Below, in pieces: positions 63,670 through 64,000 of a stretch of DNA of 64,000 nucleotides. The stretch's first letter is position 1. Every line of letters starts with the position of its first letter. The notes beneath the pieces are model-generated. The model was not told the DNA's origin. It did not search any database and saw nothing but the letters and a program-made list of their open reading frames with translations. Both the position numbers and the translations under genes were made by a program. Location of the stretch: positions 4,800,001 through 4,864,000 of the forward strand of contig CP181291.1 in the NCBI GenBank assembly GCA_052279835.1, written 5' to 3'. The stretch is from Microcoleus sp. GTDB lineage: Bacteria; Cyanobacteriota; Cyanobacteriia; Cyanobacteriales; Microcoleaceae.

Positions 63670-63685
63670 ATAGTCACTGTTCCAA

Positions 63686-64000
63686 TCATTCCATTCCTTT
63701 TAAAGATGCCAATTGAGCGTTATTGTAAGCCTCAGCGGTCTCAGAAACAACTGAACGACTCAGTTTTTCATAGTAGCCTGCTTTTAAAGAGGGGTTAAGG
63801 GGTGCTAGGCCATTTACTACCCGAATGTCGGAACTCCAGCGACAAACTAAACCCCGATTCTCTACGCTACCATGCACTGTAGCCAGACTGAAAATTAGCG
63901 CCTCACCCACAGCCAGCGGCACTGGCTGCATATCTGCGGTGCAGGATGGATCTATTAGTTTAGGAGCATAGAGAAATCCTAACTGATGTTTGACAGAACC
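63686..64000 (-). CDS. Second PhyH-like Fe(II)/2OG dioxygenase, 5'-partial
   Basis: Frame open to the window edge; GEALIFSLATVHGSVEN...RWSSDIR. Confidence 0.7.
   Translation of the reverse strand, partial: GSVKHQLGFLYAPKLIDPSCTADMQPVPLAVGEALIFSLATVHGSVENRGLVCRWSSDIRVVNGLAPLNPSLKAGYYEKLSRSVVSETAEAYNNAQLASLKGME

Noticed and set aside
1..64000. Frequent GCGATCGC palindromes as a novel signal
   Set aside because: This is the well-known cyanobacterial HIP1 sequence

Overview
Chromosomal window from a filamentous cyanobacterium (Oscillatoriales/Microcoleus-like, inferred from abundant HIP1 GCGATCGC sites, heptamer repeats and gene content). Positions 1-32.7 kb are mostly housekeeping: uvrC, the natFGH-bgtA amino-acid ABC transporter, a large PAS/GAF hybrid kinase, fasciclin, hsp20, mlaE-DUF3119-DUF3086-plsY, an RTX protein with a Ser/Thr kinase, der-ecfT-pipX-pipY-sepF-proC, a CNT nucleoside transporter and mtnD. 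This half carries many small mobile or repeat elements: a solo tnpB ending 9 nt before hsp20, an IS607 tnpA relic, several MITE/REP families (some inserted in frame inside UvrC and NatH), and an acpS pseudogene split by a MITE that is absent from the ORF track. Positions 33-64 kb form an accessory glycan locus. It has TPR-only and TPR-fused enzymes (GT17, FkbM, TIGR04372-like), DUF4214 proteins, three tandem GT4 paralogues with a shared C-terminal tail, a CDP-sugar pathway with C- and O-methyltransferases, two PhyH-like dioxygenases, and two DUF5678-like cassettes (one fused to a retropepsin) that share a promoter/leader. Four genes appear split by a single frameshift, which could be real or assembly error. 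No rRNA, tRNA or CRISPR array was recognised. All family calls come from motif recognition by eye, not database searches.
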